NCBI RefSeq assembly: GCF_026626665.1
Contig: NZ_JAPNKE010000002.1
Location: forward strand, 3,693,168 to 3,757,167
DNA from: Nannocystis pusilla
Lineage (GTDB): Bacteria; Myxococcota_A; Polyangia; Nannocystales; Nannocystaceae
Reading direction: 5' to 3'
DNA: 64,000 bases
Shown: in pieces, positions 63,406-64,000 of the stretch
Numbering within the stretch: the stretch's first letter is position 1
Layout of the letters: each line of letters starts with the position of its first letter
Position numbers and translations under genes: made by a program
The notes under the pieces: model-generated
Seen by the model: the letters and a program-made list of their open reading frames with translations, nothing else
What the model was told of the DNA's origin: nothing
The model's database searches: none

Positions 63406-64000
63406 TCAGTCGCGCTTGCGCAGCGGCGCGAGCCCGTGCTCGAGCGCGTAGCGGGTCATCGCCGCCCGCGAGCGCAGGCCGAGCTGCTGGGAGATCCGCG
63501 CCTTGTGGAATTCGACCGTCTTGAGCGCGATGCCCAGGTCGCCGGCGATCTCCTTGCCCGCCATGCCGGAGGCGACGCGGACCAGGATCTCGCGCTGACG
63601 CGTGGTGAGCAGGTTGCCCCCCGCGGCGGCGCGGCGCCGTCTCGCTCGTCCCCTTCAGCAGCGCCTCGATCGCCGGGCTGACGTGGCTGCCGCCCGCGGC
63701 GACCGTGCGCACCCCGGCGACCAGCTCCTCGGGCGACGCGTCCTTGAGCACGTACCCGCGGGCCCCCGCCGCCAGGGCCGAGTGGGCCCACTGCGGGTCG
63801 GCGTGGCGAGTGACGACCAGCGCGCGGCTCGCCGAGCTCGTCTGCAGCGCGCGCAGCAGCTCGAGCCCCCCAGCGTCGGCAGCTCGAGCTCGAGCGCCAC
63901 CACGTCGGGCTGCAGCTCGCGCGCGGCCGCCAGCGCCGTGGCGCCGTCGGTGAACGCCCCGACCACCTCGAACTCGCCGCCGAGCAGGACGCTCAGGCAC
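63406..64000 (-). CDS. NarL/LuxR-family response regulator (REC + HTH_LuxR), partial; its 5' end lies outside the window; two apparent frameshifts
   Basis: C-terminal HTH ...LTTRQREILVRVASGMAGKEIAGDLGIALKTVEFHKARISQQLGLRSRAAMTRYALEHG. N-terminal receiver fragments are in other frames. Convergent with the HK. Confidence 0.65.

Overview
This is a ~70% GC chromosomal segment with myxobacterial-style gene content: ECF sigma/anti-sigma pairs, TSP3/LRR/ankyrin/HEAT lipoproteins and many multi-domain sensor kinases. About 20 of ~55 genes carry apparent frameshifts. Some are short tandem duplications (11 bp in the SIR2 gene, ~14 bp in the ECF sigma gene) and one is a GC-dinucleotide slip, so real decay and assembly error cannot be separated by eye.

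Main blocks, all annotated by eye from the ORF track and sequence:
- 1-1.5 kb: a TPR-repeat gene followed directly by a disrupted SIR2_2 (defence-sirtuin-like) gene.
- 6-9.6 kb: an ECF sigma gene and a membrane protein with CarboxypepD_reg repeats and a PDZ domain.
- 21.4-27.7 kb: a translationally coupled operon, hybrid HK (CHASE3-GAF-HK-3xREC) - CheR - CheB catalytic domain - hybrid HK, with no MCP, CheA or CheW.
- 35-45.6 kb: a heptose glycosylation cluster. It contains a GT4-GmhA fusion, an SDR, GmhB, an intact HldE, several GT9 heptosyltransferases and GT4s. Two of its intergenic gaps are filled by tandem repeat arrays (78 bp x5.6 and 77-80 bp x3). The second array forms three ATGA-coupled mini-ORFs that copy the SDR 5' end.
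- 52.4-54.0 kb: a mobile-element scar with a degenerate IS66 transposase fragment and a ~0.7 kb low-GC island carrying two GTGA-coupled small genes of unknown function.
- 57.6-64 kb: a second methylation-type module: CheB-like, CheB-CheR-PAS fusion, PAS/NarL-type HK and a convergent NarL response regulator.

A recurrent palindromic motif, GGAC(A/G)TGTCC or GRCATGTCC, occurs in several intergenic regions and inside the 78-bp repeats. There are two stress-protein genes (KGG and CsbD). Neither a CRISPR array nor an rRNA or tRNA gene was found.
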